Assembly (NCBI GenBank): GCA_050015375.1
Contig: JBEKBN010000003.1
Span: 16,127 to 80,126, forward strand
From: Minisyncoccia bacterium
GTDB taxonomy: Bacteria > Patescibacteriota > Minisyncoccia > 2-02-FULL-40-12 > IGHO2-01-FULL-4-A
Length of the DNA stretch: 64,000 nucleotides
Reading direction: 5' to 3'
How positions within the stretch are numbered: the first letter of the stretch is position 1; each line of letters starts with the position of its first letter. Below are positions 19,864-28,985 of this stretch, piece by piece. The position numbers and the translations under genes were made by a program. The notes beneath the pieces were generated by a model. It was given only the letters and a program-made list of their open reading frames with translations, made no database searches and had not been told where the DNA came from.

Positions 19864-20060
19864 CTTACAAAACAAAACAACCCAGTTGGGTTGTTTTGTT
19901 TTGTAAGATTCCGTCGGGGAGAAAGCCGACTTCTCGGCTTTCGTTCGGACTCGAAGGGCGCAAACGATATTTTTTCAGCAGAAAAAATCGTGCGCCCGTG
20001 GTCAGACAAAACCAGCTGACCGAGCGGGTTTTAGCCGCGACCGAGTCCTACCCGTGGAGC
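19864..20060 (+). other. tRNA-trailer structured element
   Basis: 20-bp-arm hairpin (19864-19907), ggactcgaa, cgatattt..aaatcg hairpin, ending in a tRNA-3'-end copy; parallels 56276-56431. Confidence 0.55.
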
Positions 20061-21108
20061 TAGATAGCAAACAATATAGCGTTTTTTCATCGATTCACTG
20101 CATTGATTTTGATAAAAAAGCCCACTTTGTGTGGGCATGCAGATTGTCAGCTATATTGTTTTTCTATATTTATTTCTTCAAAAAATTATATTCCAGAAAG
20201 ACCTGAATAATCGGCAGCTGCTGATTAGAAGGATATTGTAAACCAACAATGTTTGCATCGGCATAGTTTCGCCTAAAAGCTAAACCACCACTAAAGCCCA
20301 GCATTCCCCGACCTTCTTTTGTGTCGCAATCGCTTACGCAGATCTTGAAACCACCAAGCAAAGTCATCGGCACACGATAGTAGGCGACTTGTTTTTTTAA
20401 TAAGGTCTCATCGCCACCATACTCGCTATAACCTTGCCTAAGAGAAACATTCATCCAGAATGGAAATGATGTGTAGGCCTCACTTGTAAGCCAGAACCGG
20501 CCCCCTAAACGAACCGATGTTTCACCAAATGCACCGAGACGTACGGGCGAGCTTTTTAATTCGAAATAAGTAACCGTGCTCCCGATACAATAACACCCAT
20601 ATTGAACTTCGTTTGAATGGTCGCCGTTAAAAATTATCATCCCTCCGGCAGCTAGTTCAAGGCGATTTCCAAAATTCAGAGTCGGTCCAAACTCTCCGGG
20701 TATCATAATCATTCCCGAATGCAACTTAATCCGATCAATCGCATATATGCTTAAATACCCCGATGGGTATTGGACAGTTCTAAGAACTTCGGGAAAGTTA
20801 CTATATGAAGTGATCCTCCAAGGGTTAGGCGCGTATCCACCTTTAAACTTAAAGCCCAGGATAACGCCATGCGGTTTATCATTTTGTTGGGCATTTTGCG
20901 CCCAAGCAACTGGCGCCAATAGACAAAAAAGTAAAACAGCCACGGCACGTTTTAGCATTTTCCTACCTCTCTTCCTTTGTTAAAGATAAGCCAATACTAC
21001 CCTTACTTTTTCGGGTAGTCAAGGCGTTCATTACCCACACCTTAAAACTTGAAAATCCATGGAAATAAGTGCAAGGTGAGAGTCGCGACCGAGTCCTACC
21101 CGCGGAGC
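20036..21108 (+). repeat. 25-bp direct repeat (20036-20060 and 21084-21108), tRNA 3'-end-like
   Basis: cgcgaccgagtcctacccgtggagc vs cgcgaccgagtcctacccgcggagc, 24/25 identical. Confidence 0.85.
20170..20958 (-). CDS. Secreted beta-rich protein, possibly outer-membrane-barrel-like
   Basis: Signal peptide (..APVAWA/Q), alternating aromatic strands, C-terminal VFLEYNF. Confidence 0.65.
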   Translation of the reverse strand: MLKRAVAVLLFCLLAPVAWAQNAQQNDKPHGVILGFKFKGGYAPNPWRITSYSNFPEVLRTVQYPSGYLSIYAIDRIKLHSGMIMIPGEFGPTLNFGNRLELAAGGMIIFNGDHSNEVQYGCYCIGSTVTYFELKSSPVRLGAFGETSVRLGGRFWLTSEAYTSFPFWMNVSLRQGYSEYGGDETLLKKQVAYYRVPMTLLGGFKICVSDCDTKEGRGMLGFSGGLAFRRNYADANIVGLQYPSNQQLPIIQVFLEYNFLKK

Positions 21109-21163
21109 CCTAATTTGACAAATACCACAGTGATGTGGTAGTATTGTTGTAAAAGGAGGGGGT

Positions 21164-21442
21164 ATGGCAAAGGTACCTAAGTCGTATCTTAATAAACGTC
21201 GTCCGCCGATTCAAGAAGCAGTGTTTCTGGAAGGGGACATTAGCTTGATCGACGCAATAAAGTCACTCGAAAAAAAGGGGTATTTCACCCCTCGCCCAAG
21301 ACCGTGGAAGCCAGGGTTCAACAATCGTGGGATGGGTCACGGCGATTATGCCATCCTTGATCGTTTTGGGGACATCGTGGCAGAAAAAGTCAGCAAAGAA
21401 GACGCCGGATTCATCATCTCTGCGGTCAATGCAAAGAAGTAG
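21164..21442 (+). CDS. Hypothetical protein
   Basis: AGGAGG RBS and an upstream TTGACA promoter-like box. Confidence 0.7.
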   Translation: MAKVPKSYLNKRRPPIQEAVFLEGDISLIDAIKSLEKKGYFTPRPRPWKPGFNNRGMGHGDYAILDRFGDIVAEKVSKEDAGFIISAVNAKK

Positions 21443-21688
21443 TGGCATCTCGTCGTTACACAAGAAGTCGTCCATTGGGCGCACTTCCCAGTGTGACGAC
21501 TTTTTTATTTCAAAAAGCTAAAGCATATTTTAATAATTGAAAATCTATAACAGCTTTAGCCCAATCCGGTGTTCTGAACTTGTCTAGGTTGCGGAGCATT
21601 TATTTCAGCATTGTTTTTCTGTGCATATTTTGATACTCTTTTATGGGGTTCTTTTTTTATGGTTTTTTAAAAAGAAAGGGATTTAGCA

Positions 21689-22072
21689 ATGAGCCGCGAT
21701 ATAAAGATTTTGTCAGCATTTAATGGACGGCTGCATGAATCGACAATCCATAGAGCGGAAGCACTTATATGTATTGAGGTAGACGGCAATGCTTTCTATT
21801 TCGACAAGAAAGAAGCAAAAGAGTATGGCGTGACGATTGAAGGAGGTTCTAAAAATAACCCAGAAGAACTTATTTCCCCCCTCTTGGTTATTGCTGCCGA
21901 CGGGCTCGCTATGTCTGTTAACAAATTGGTTAAGGAGGGATTCCTTGACTCCCGCTCTGACGCGGCTGACCGGTTACTCAATTACGCTTCTATGCGTTTT
22001 GGCGACAGAGATCCCATTGGTGACCTAGAAAAAAGTGTGACCGAATATGAGAATCGACCCGCAAAAGCATGA
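21689..22072 (+). CDS. Hypothetical protein
   Basis: 127 aa ORF followed by a hairpin and T-run (gagcccaaccggctctttt). Confidence 0.65.
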   Translation: MSRDIKILSAFNGRLHESTIHRAEALICIEVDGNAFYFDKKEAKEYGVTIEGGSKNNPEELISPLLVIAADGLAMSVNKLVKEGFLDSRSDAADRLLNYASMRFGDRDPIGDLEKSVTEYENRPAKA

Positions 22073-22217
22073 GAGCCCAACCGGCTCTTTTTATTTTTTC
22101 AATAGGTTCTGACATCAATGCTTCCCCGGAGCAGAGAGAATTTTGAAATGACTTTATGATTAAAAAATGATATAATTATTGAAGGGTCGATATATTTAAT
22201 TAACCTAATTATATCCT

Positions 22218-22287
22218 ATATAAGCTCCTCGGCTCGGAAATGAAAACTTAAGACAGTTTTCATTTCTCTCGCTCTACGTCGCTTATA
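22218..22287. repeat. Imperfect palindrome (REP/MITE-like)
   Basis: tataagc..gaaatgaaaact taagac agttttcatttc..gcttata. Confidence 0.55.
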
Positions 22288-22292
22288 AAACT

Positions 22293-22448
22293 ATGGTAAA
22301 AGGAAACTTCATTGGTGCGGCGATTGTTGCAATAATCTACACCGTCTATATTGTATGGAATCCTCTTGCATCGCGCTCGCAAACAGCAATATTATTAGTG
22401 GTTCTTAACGCTTTGACCATCGTGTTGATGGCTTTTGCATTCAGATAA
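22293..22448 (+). CDS. Small two-TM protein
   Basis: MVKGNFIGAAIVAIIYTVYIVWNP..., 51 aa. Confidence 0.5.
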   Translation: MVKGNFIGAAIVAIIYTVYIVWNPLASRSQTAILLVVLNALTIVLMAFAFR

Positions 22449-22478
22449 AAAAGAGAAATAAGAATTTACCGCTAAAAT

Positions 22479-23222
22479 ATGAAAAAGAATCTTGTATTTA
22501 TTTTTCTGATAATAATTATTCTTGTATGCGCGGGAGTTTGGTATGTCAATAAAAAGGAAAACAAAGGTTTGTCTACTTCGCCATCCCCGTCTCCCATAGC
22601 TCAAGCCACTTATATTTGTAATGGCGGCAAAACAATAAACGCCGCATTTTATAAGGGAGAGCCCAAACCGGTAGAATCGGGTCAACCGCCGATTCCTACG
22701 GGAAGCGTAAAGATCGTTTTGAGCGACGGGCGAAGTTTTGATTTGCCCCAAACCATTTCCGCTGACGGGAGCCGCTATGCCAATAGCGATGAATCATTCG
22801 TTTTTTGGAGTAAAGGAGATGGCGCGATCGTGCTGGAAAACAATGTCGAAAAAAATTATACAGGATGCGTTGTGTCCGCCAATAATACCGGAGTTCAGGG
22901 TATAAAAGTCATTTCGCCCAATGGCGGAGAGATCTGGTCAAAGAACCAAAAAGTCCAAATATCGTGGAGCGCGGCAAAAGAAATAAAATCCGTAAATATT
23001 CGGCTGGCAATTTCGGGAAGCGCAGACAGCCAAAATTTCAACGCCGCCATCGCCTCGAATGTTCCCAACACCGGCAGCTACGACTGGACCGTACAGGATT
23101 TGTATGCGGAGGTATTAGGCATAAAAGCTTTGCCCGCATCAAACAAATATCTCGTTACCGTGGAAGATAATGAGCACAACAATATATTCGATACGAGCGA
23201 CGCGACTCTTACTATTAAATAA
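22479..23222 (+). CDS. MliC-like domain + Ig-like Ser/Thr-rich domain, membrane anchored
   Basis: YICNGG..LPQTISADGSRY..VFWSKG; ISPNGGEIW. Confidence 0.8.
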   Translation: MKKNLVFIFLIIIILVCAGVWYVNKKENKGLSTSPSPSPIAQATYICNGGKTINAAFYKGEPKPVESGQPPIPTGSVKIVLSDGRSFDLPQTISADGSRYANSDESFVFWSKGDGAIVLENNVEKNYTGCVVSANNTGVQGIKVISPNGGEIWSKNQKVQISWSAAKEIKSVNIRLAISGSADSQNFNAAIASNVPNTGSYDWTVQDLYAEVLGIKALPASNKYLVTVEDNEHNNIFDTSDATLTIK

Positions 23223-23374
23223 TCCCATCACGCCCTCTAATTTCCCGAATAAAACAGAACTTGTTCCAGAGATTCTGCATGTATTCAGCATCTGATATTC
23301 ATCAAACAAAGACCGGCATTCAAATTTGAGGCCGGCCTTTTTCATTTCAGGCAGTTTTTTGCTAGGATGATAAA

Positions 23375-24001
23375 ATGTTGGTCACGAAAGGCAAAACCAA
23401 CTGGAAATATTTGCTGACGGTGGTAATACTTGCCGGAGCGGTCCTCGCAATTTTATTGCCGGTTCAGATCAACTTGTTGAACAATGACCTATCGGCAGAA
23501 ATTTCGGCTTCTATGCAGGGTTTTGTTCCGCGGGCGACGGGGCTTGACCCGAATTTTGCGAAACAGGTCAGCGAGTGTCTTATTCCTGTAGCCGGTATCT
23601 ACGGTTACACATTGCGGGTCGTGTCGGGTTTTCGGAGTATTTCCGACCAGCAAGCCATCTATCAATCGGGCCGGACTGTGGACGGCCACATCGTCAGCTG
23701 GGCCGAACCCGGGCGGAGTTTGCATAATTATGGTTTCGCCGTGGACATCGTGGACAGGTGGCGGGGTTATGATATTGATTTTGACAAGCTCGCCAAGATC
23801 GGCAAATATTGCGGGCTGGAACAAGTTGACCCTCCGCACTTCGAACACCGGGCTGGGCTCACCACGGGCCAATTTGAGGCCGGCAAGAGGCCGCCGCCAC
23901 TTACTCTACCGTGCGCGGTCATGGACGAACGCGCAAAAACCAGTCAGACATTAACGCTGGCCGATTTGAAAAATAACAACTGCGGCACGCCGGAATTTTA
24001 A
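23375..24001 (+). CDS. M15 family peptidoglycan peptidase
   Basis: SGFRS..Q, SLHNYGFAVD, DPPHFE motifs. Confidence 0.88.
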   Translation: MLVTKGKTNWKYLLTVVILAGAVLAILLPVQINLLNNDLSAEISASMQGFVPRATGLDPNFAKQVSECLIPVAGIYGYTLRVVSGFRSISDQQAIYQSGRTVDGHIVSWAEPGRSLHNYGFAVDIVDRWRGYDIDFDKLAKIGKYCGLEQVDPPHFEHRAGLTTGQFEAGKRPPPLTLPCAVMDERAKTSQTLTLADLKNNNCGTPEF

Positions 24002-24016
24002 ATTGCAGGGAGAAGA

Positions 24017-24931
24017 TTATAGACGAACTCTTCCGCCCATTCTGAAGAAGGATTGCCAGTAAAAAACTATCGAACGCGCCGGACGGGTGTTTTTTGGTGT
24101 CGGATTAAAACCCTGAACGCCGACCGCGACTCTCAAAGTTCTGATTCGGGCAACATTCGGTTGTCTGGCGGCGATAGGCGAAATGGCGGCATTGTTCCTG
24201 GTGACGCTAAAACTTGCTCCATCAATTCCAAGAGAAGAAACACCGGCCAGGACCTGATTATTGCCGGTTTCCATGGTGATCGGGTCGGCGCCTGCTTGCA
24301 ATAAATTGAACGTCTGGCCGTTTTCAACGATTGAACAATTGGAGAAATTGATGGTTCCGAAATTATCCAAAGGAATGAAACTTCGGGTGGAATCCAAAAT
24401 GGGCATTTCCTCGATCCATTCGGCCGATGATTCGGACGAAGAATATTGAACCGTAGTTTGATAATTTTGGCCGGTGGTGTTGTCGGTGAGCGAGACCAGC
24501 CATTGATTTCCAGATTGGTTCGTAATGACGGCGGAAATAGAATCACCCGGATGAACCGCCAGCGACAACGGCCGTAAGGAACTCGGCAAACTTTCTATCC
24601 AGGCCTGATAAACCATTTGGCCATTGGAGCCGGTGATCGCCTGGGTGCCGATCTGCAACAAATCGCTTCCACTCACTCCGCCGATGCCGACCCAGGTGGC
24701 ATCTGAAGCCAAAGAAGCCGACGGGTTGCTGACCGACGGAATGACCCAGCTTCCCATAACGGAGGTGATCAAACTTCCAGTTGCGGCATAACCTGACCAA
24801 TTGAGAGAGGCATTCGGATTTCCGGCTGCGGAAAACGGCGATTGTTCAGCAAATACCCGAGAGATATTCGCCAGCAAAAAACCCGGAATTACGGTCAAAA
24901 ACAAGAGCAAATATAATATGGTTTTTTTCAT
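24017..24931 (-). CDS. G1 family glutamic peptidase (eqolisin-like), secreted
   Basis: NWSGY, TWVGIGG, LLQIGT, SAEWIEE motifs. Confidence 0.88.
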   Translation of the reverse strand: MKKTILYLLLFLTVIPGFLLANISRVFAEQSPFSAAGNPNASLNWSGYAATGSLITSVMGSWVIPSVSNPSASLASDATWVGIGGVSGSDLLQIGTQAITGSNGQMVYQAWIESLPSSLRPLSLAVHPGDSISAVITNQSGNQWLVSLTDNTTGQNYQTTVQYSSSESSAEWIEEMPILDSTRSFIPLDNFGTINFSNCSIVENGQTFNLLQAGADPITMETGNNQVLAGVSSLGIDGASFSVTRNNAAISPIAARQPNVARIRTLRVAVGVQGFNPTPKNTRPARSIVFYWQSFFRMGGRVRL

Positions 24932-25047
24932 GTTGTTGATGAATTAAATTCAACGTTTTAGAAATTCCGCTGATTTTGCATACTACAACTAATACGATAT
25001 AAATGTCAAAAATGGTGCGCCTTGCCATGATTTGGTATAATTAAAAT

Positions 25048-25245
25048 GTGGATGGGCTAGAACCAAAAATCGAAGAACTGGAACAAAAAATGGATAAGCT
25101 CCAGAAGTCCATTGACCGGATGAACAAGATTTTTTTGTGGACGCTGATACTCGGCATCGCTTTTATTGTCATCCCGTTGATTGGCCTGGCGTTCGTCTTG
25201 CCCTCTTTCATGAACAATTATGTTAACACACTCCAATTGCCGTGA
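25048..25245 (+). CDS. Small coiled-coil + TM protein
   Basis: 65 aa; upstream tggtataat -10 box. Confidence 0.65.
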   Translation: MDGLEPKIEELEQKMDKLQKSIDRMNKIFLWTLILGIAFIVIPLIGLAFVLPSFMNNYVNTLQLP

Positions 25246-25267
25246 TGCTTTGTCCGGGAAAGAACAT

Positions 25268-25306
25268 CCGACAAAAAACTTCCGCCTCGCGGAAGTTTTT
25301 TGTCGG
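25268..25306. terminator. Hairpin between convergent genes
   Basis: tccgacaaaaaacttccgc/gcggaagttttttgtcgga. Confidence 0.6.
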
Positions 25307-25322
25307 ACCCATCGGCAAGAAA

Positions 25323-26126
25323 TTAGAAACCAAATAATTTAGAAAAGAAATTGCCGATCCTGCCGAAGAAACCGAGATTTTGATTTGGTTTGGCGCCCGG
25401 TTGGGAAGTGGCCGTGGTTGTCGGCGCGTGCTGGTCAATGATCGAGGAAGCCGTGACCGAGGTGCCGTTGACCGTGCCTTGGATGACCACTGAATCACCG
25501 ACGCTGATACTCGAGATCGTAATAGTGTTTTGACCCTGGACAATTTTAGCATTGGTGGCGTCAACTGTGTAGGTGATATTGCTCTTATTGGTAACAGTGA
25601 GAGTCGAGCCGCTGATTGCCGAAATAGTGCCCGCGATAACTGGTTGGCCATTGCCGGTGATCGGAAGCGGAACGGGCGTTTGTCCGGGTTTGCCGATTCG
25701 GCCGCCCATTATGCCATCATGGATCATCGTAGCGGTGACGGACGTACCACTGACCGTTCCCTGAACCATTATTGTATCTCCCACAGCTATGCTCGCAATT
25801 GTACCCGCTGCGTTGTTCTTTGTTATCTTGGCGTTTGTCGCGTCAACTGTGTAAATTGTAGCCACCGGAGTCGCGGTTGGCGTCGGGTTAGGGCTCGTGC
25901 GTGGCCCGCGATTGAAACCTCGGTTTTCGCTGACCGTGATCGTATCGCCGCTAATCGCCGTAACCGTGCCGAAAACCGCCGGTATCGCTCTATTGGCCGC
26001 CATATTCACGCCGTTTTTTGAAACCGTCTGACTTGAGCTTGCATGGGCCACCAAAGTTAAAACCGTGTAAAACACAGAACTTACTACCGTAAAACTCACC
26101 AACCCCAACAAAATTTTGTTCTTCAT
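25323..26126 (-). CDS. Secreted protein with two DUF5666-like repeats
   Basis: GTVTAISG..YTVDATNAKI..VGD.V.VQGTV.GTSVTA occurs twice. Confidence 0.75.
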   Translation of the reverse strand: MKNKILLGLVSFTVVSSVFYTVLTLVAHASSSQTVSKNGVNMAANRAIPAVFGTVTAISGDTITVSENRGFNRGPRTSPNPTPTATPVATIYTVDATNAKITKNNAAGTIASIAVGDTIMVQGTVSGTSVTATMIHDGIMGGRIGKPGQTPVPLPITGNGQPVIAGTISAISGSTLTVTNKSNITYTVDATNAKIVQGQNTITISSISVGDSVVIQGTVNGTSVTASSIIDQHAPTTTATSQPGAKPNQNLGFFGRIGNFFSKLFGF

Positions 26127-26233
26127 GAATTTTCATTAAGTCGGATTTCGCTTCGTAAAGCAAAATGCGACTTGTTATGTTACTAAATAATACGGCCAAA
26201 ATATGACAAAGGTGCACCCTTTAATTGACTCCG

Positions 26234-26323
26234 TCCCGATTTTCTTCCCGCCGAAAGCGGGATTAGAAAATCGAGGATCCTCGATTTGTAACCCACCGAC
26301 TTTGTCGGTGGACAAATCGGGAC
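26234..26323. repeat. Branched palindromic intergenic element
   Basis: gtcccgattt..aaatcgggac enclosing cccgccgaaagcggg and ccaccgactttgtcggtgg. Confidence 0.55.
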
Positions 26324-26363
26324 AATATATGATAAACTAGTCAAGTCGCGTCAACACCAAACA

Positions 26364-26960
26364 ATGAATTCTCTCTCATCTTTTTTCTTTTTCTCGTGGC
26401 TTCTCAAATATCGTTATCTGGCGATCTTTCCGATAGCGGTTTTTGAAGGGCCGATCTTGACGGTCATTGTCGGTTTTTTGGCTTCGCTGGGCATTTTTAA
26501 TTTGCTCATTTCCTATACGGTCATTGTCCTTGGCGATCTGACCGGAGATTCATTACACTATGCCGTCGGCCGCTATGGCGGCAGAAAATTCATTGAAAAA
26601 TGGGGCCGTTACGTCGGCTTGTCTTTTGAAAAGATCGAGCCGATCGAAAGACAATTTGAAAAAAGAGGCAATACGTTGCTCTTTTGGGGTAAAGCCATGC
26701 ACGGTCTTGGCGGCGCTTTTCTCATTGCTGCCGGTTTGATCCACATGCCGTTCAGAAAATTCATTCTTTCTAATTTTTGGCCGACGCTTCTTAAGTCGGC
26801 GATTCTATTGATGGTCGGCTTCTTTTTCGGCCAATCCATCACCCACATCAAATCGATCTTGGATTTCATAGCTTACGCCGTTGCCGGTGCTGTCGCTCTG
26901 GCTGTGGCAATTTATTTTTTCTATGTCCGAGGCAAAACAAAAACCGATGAACTCAAATGA
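26364..26960 (+). CDS. DedA family membrane protein
   Basis: EGP, GDLTGDSLHYAVGRYGG, AAGLIHMPFRKF. Confidence 0.88.
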   Translation: MNSLSSFFFFSWLLKYRYLAIFPIAVFEGPILTVIVGFLASLGIFNLLISYTVIVLGDLTGDSLHYAVGRYGGRKFIEKWGRYVGLSFEKIEPIERQFEKRGNTLLFWGKAMHGLGGAFLIAAGLIHMPFRKFILSNFWPTLLKSAILLMVGFFFGQSITHIKSILDFIAYAVAGAVALAVAIYFFYVRGKTKTDELK

Positions 26961-27816
26961 TTTGAAATTCGTCGAAACGGGAAAGGGGAGGATATATTAT
27001 AAATTTATTGCGGGCGCGATTTCGCGCTCGCGCGAAATCGCGCCCGCGGCCGAGCCAATTTTCGCGAAACCGACTCTCATTTTTCTCCATGGCCTTTCGG
27101 CTAATCATACGACCTGGACGGCGGTTGCGGAACAATTCAACCGCCTGGGCTACGATTGTTTATTGCCCGATATGCGCGGACACGGATACTCTGACAAGAC
27201 AAAATCCCGCTCGCTCTACCATCTGCCGGTTTTCGCCGATGACCTTGACCTGATTTTTAAAAAAGAAAACCTTTCGGAAGTTGTTTTGATCGGCTATTCT
27301 TTCGGCGGTTCAGTAGCGCTCCGGTACGCTGTTGATCATCCCGGATCGGTCAAAAATTTAGTCCTCATCAGCACTAATTTCGTCAGCCCGCTGGATTATC
27401 ACGGTCTTGGTTTTTTGAACTTTTTGGCCTATACTTTTGTGAACGGTTTTGCTTGGTCAATGTTTTGGCAAGGCCGCCGAAATTACTATTATTACGACCA
27501 TGCCACCGCCAAGGGTTATTGGCACAGCACATTCACAGGTTGGACGGCAATGCCCGTTTGCGTCAATCATTGGCTCTTAGCCGAATTGTTAAAAGTCGAT
27601 TTTTCCGCCGATCTGGGAAAAATCAAATGTCCGGTCTTGATCGTCCGCGGCGGCAACGACCCGTTCCTGACCAAAAAAGAAGCCGTGAAAATGGCGGAGG
27701 GCATTTCCAGTTCGAAGCTCGTCCAGCTTGATGACTCCAGCCACTTCCTGGCTTCAAAAAATCAAGAGCAAATTTTCCAAGTTATCAGCGGATATCTTAA
27801 CGAACAAAAAAAATGA
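26947..27816 (+). CDS. Alpha/beta hydrolase (contains palindromic insert 27010-27047)
   Basis: FLHGL, DMRGHG, GYSFGG, D and H catalytic residues. Confidence 0.88.
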   Translation: MNSNDLKFVETGKGRIYYKFIAGAISRSREIAPAAEPIFAKPTLIFLHGLSANHTTWTAVAEQFNRLGYDCLLPDMRGHGYSDKTKSRSLYHLPVFADDLDLIFKKENLSEVVLIGYSFGGSVALRYAVDHPGSVKNLVLISTNFVSPLDYHGLGFLNFLAYTFVNGFAWSMFWQGRRNYYYYDHATAKGYWHSTFTGWTAMPVCVNHWLLAELLKVDFSADLGKIKCPVLIVRGGNDPFLTKKEAVKMAEGISSSKLVQLDDSSHFLASKNQEQIFQVISGYLNEQKK

Positions 27817-28985
27817 AAATAGCCATTTTCAGCGATTCATTCTATCCAGACATCAACGGCGTCGCCAACACCGTTCTTGAGTCAGCTCAGAATCTTTCCG
27901 ATGCCGGCCACTCGGTCTTGGTTTGCGCGCCGTCAAGTTGCACGAAAGAACAGCTTACAGACCGTTTCGGAGAAAAATTCGAGGTTCGGAAAATTCCTTC
28001 AGTGCCGTTTTTCGGCTACTCCGATGTCCGGATGGCGTTTCCTAACGGCTCGGCTTTTTTCCGTTTCATCAAAAATAAATTCCGTCCCGATATAATCCAC
28101 TCCCACACTTTTTTCGGGGTCGGCTGGGAAGCCGTCGCCCACGCCAAGCTTTTGAAAATTCCTCTCATCGGCACCCACCACACTTTTTACGACCATTATC
28201 TGAAGCATGTGAAATTGGATTATTCTTGGGCTAAAAAACTTTCTTGGCGGGTCACGGTTGCTTATTACAATCTTTGTGATTCGATAATCAGTCCGTCCAG
28301 AGCTTTGGGCAAAGAACTCAACAGCCGCGGTTTGAAAAAAAATATCGAATTCATCCCCAATTCCATTAATGAACTTTTTTTCAAACCGATGCCAAGCGCT
28401 GGCGAGAAAAAAGAATTGGCGAAGAAGCTCGGTTTAAACCGGCCGGTGGTGGTTTATATGGGACGGGTCAGCTACGAAAAAAGCATTGACCAAGTTCTTA
28501 AGGCCTTCGCCATATTTTCAAAACGGATTCCGAAAGCGATACTGATGATCATCGGCGACGGTCCGGAGAAAAAAAATTTGGAAAAATTGGCAAAACGGCT
28601 CTGCATCGAATCAAAAACCAAATTCACCGGATTTCTCAATGGCCAAGAATTGCTCAAGGCCATGCAAGCAAGCGATATTTTCGTGACCGCCAGCAAAAGC
28701 GAGAACATGCCTTTGTCGGTCCTGGAAGCCATGGCCGCGGGTTTGCCGGTGGTGGCGGCAGCCGAGAAAGGACTGCCCGAGATCGTCAAGGATGGCGTCA
28801 ACGGTTTTCTAGTTGAAGCCGATCGGCCGGATTTGATGGCTCATAAATTATATAAGCTCGCCAGCCAACCGAAGTTGATGTTAAAATTCGCTATGGCATC
28901 GCAAACTGAAGCCCGCCAATATTCAAAGGAAGCCGTAACCCAAAAATTGGTCAACACCTATAACCAATTGATAAAAACCATATGA
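27813..28985 (+). CDS. GT4 glycosyltransferase, monoglucosyl-diacylglycerol synthase-like
   Basis: MKIAIFSDSFYPDINGV, GRVSYEK, SENMPLSVLEAMAAG. Confidence 0.85.
   Translation: MKIAIFSDSFYPDINGVANTVLESAQNLSDAGHSVLVCAPSSCTKEQLTDRFGEKFEVRKIPSVPFFGYSDVRMAFPNGSAFFRFIKNKFRPDIIHSHTFFGVGWEAVAHAKLLKIPLIGTHHTFYDHYLKHVKLDYSWAKKLSWRVTVAYYNLCDSIISPSRALGKELNSRGLKKNIEFIPNSINELFFKPMPSAGEKKELAKKLGLNRPVVVYMGRVSYEKSIDQVLKAFAIFSKRIPKAILMIIGDGPEKKNLEKLAKRLCIESKTKFTGFLNGQELLKAMQASDIFVTASKSENMPLSVLEAMAAGLPVVAAAEKGLPEIVKDGVNGFLVEADRPDLMAHKLYKLASQPKLMLKFAMASQTEARQYSKEAVTQKLVNTYNQLIKTI

Larger units (their letters stand above)
1..19864. mobile_element. Integrated genomic island (possibly two tandem elements) at a tRNA 3' end
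   Basis: Serine recombinases at both ends, Rep, R-M system, cargo tRNAs and visibly AT-rich cargo. A tRNA-3'-end-like remnant (agacctgcttggggagc) lies at 19848-19864. Confidence 0.7.

Noticed and set aside
19827-20009. N-terminal 61 aa of the 496-aa recombinase ORF
   Set aside because: It runs through hairpins and the tRNA-end remnant; recombinase homology starts at about LRYCLYARKS.
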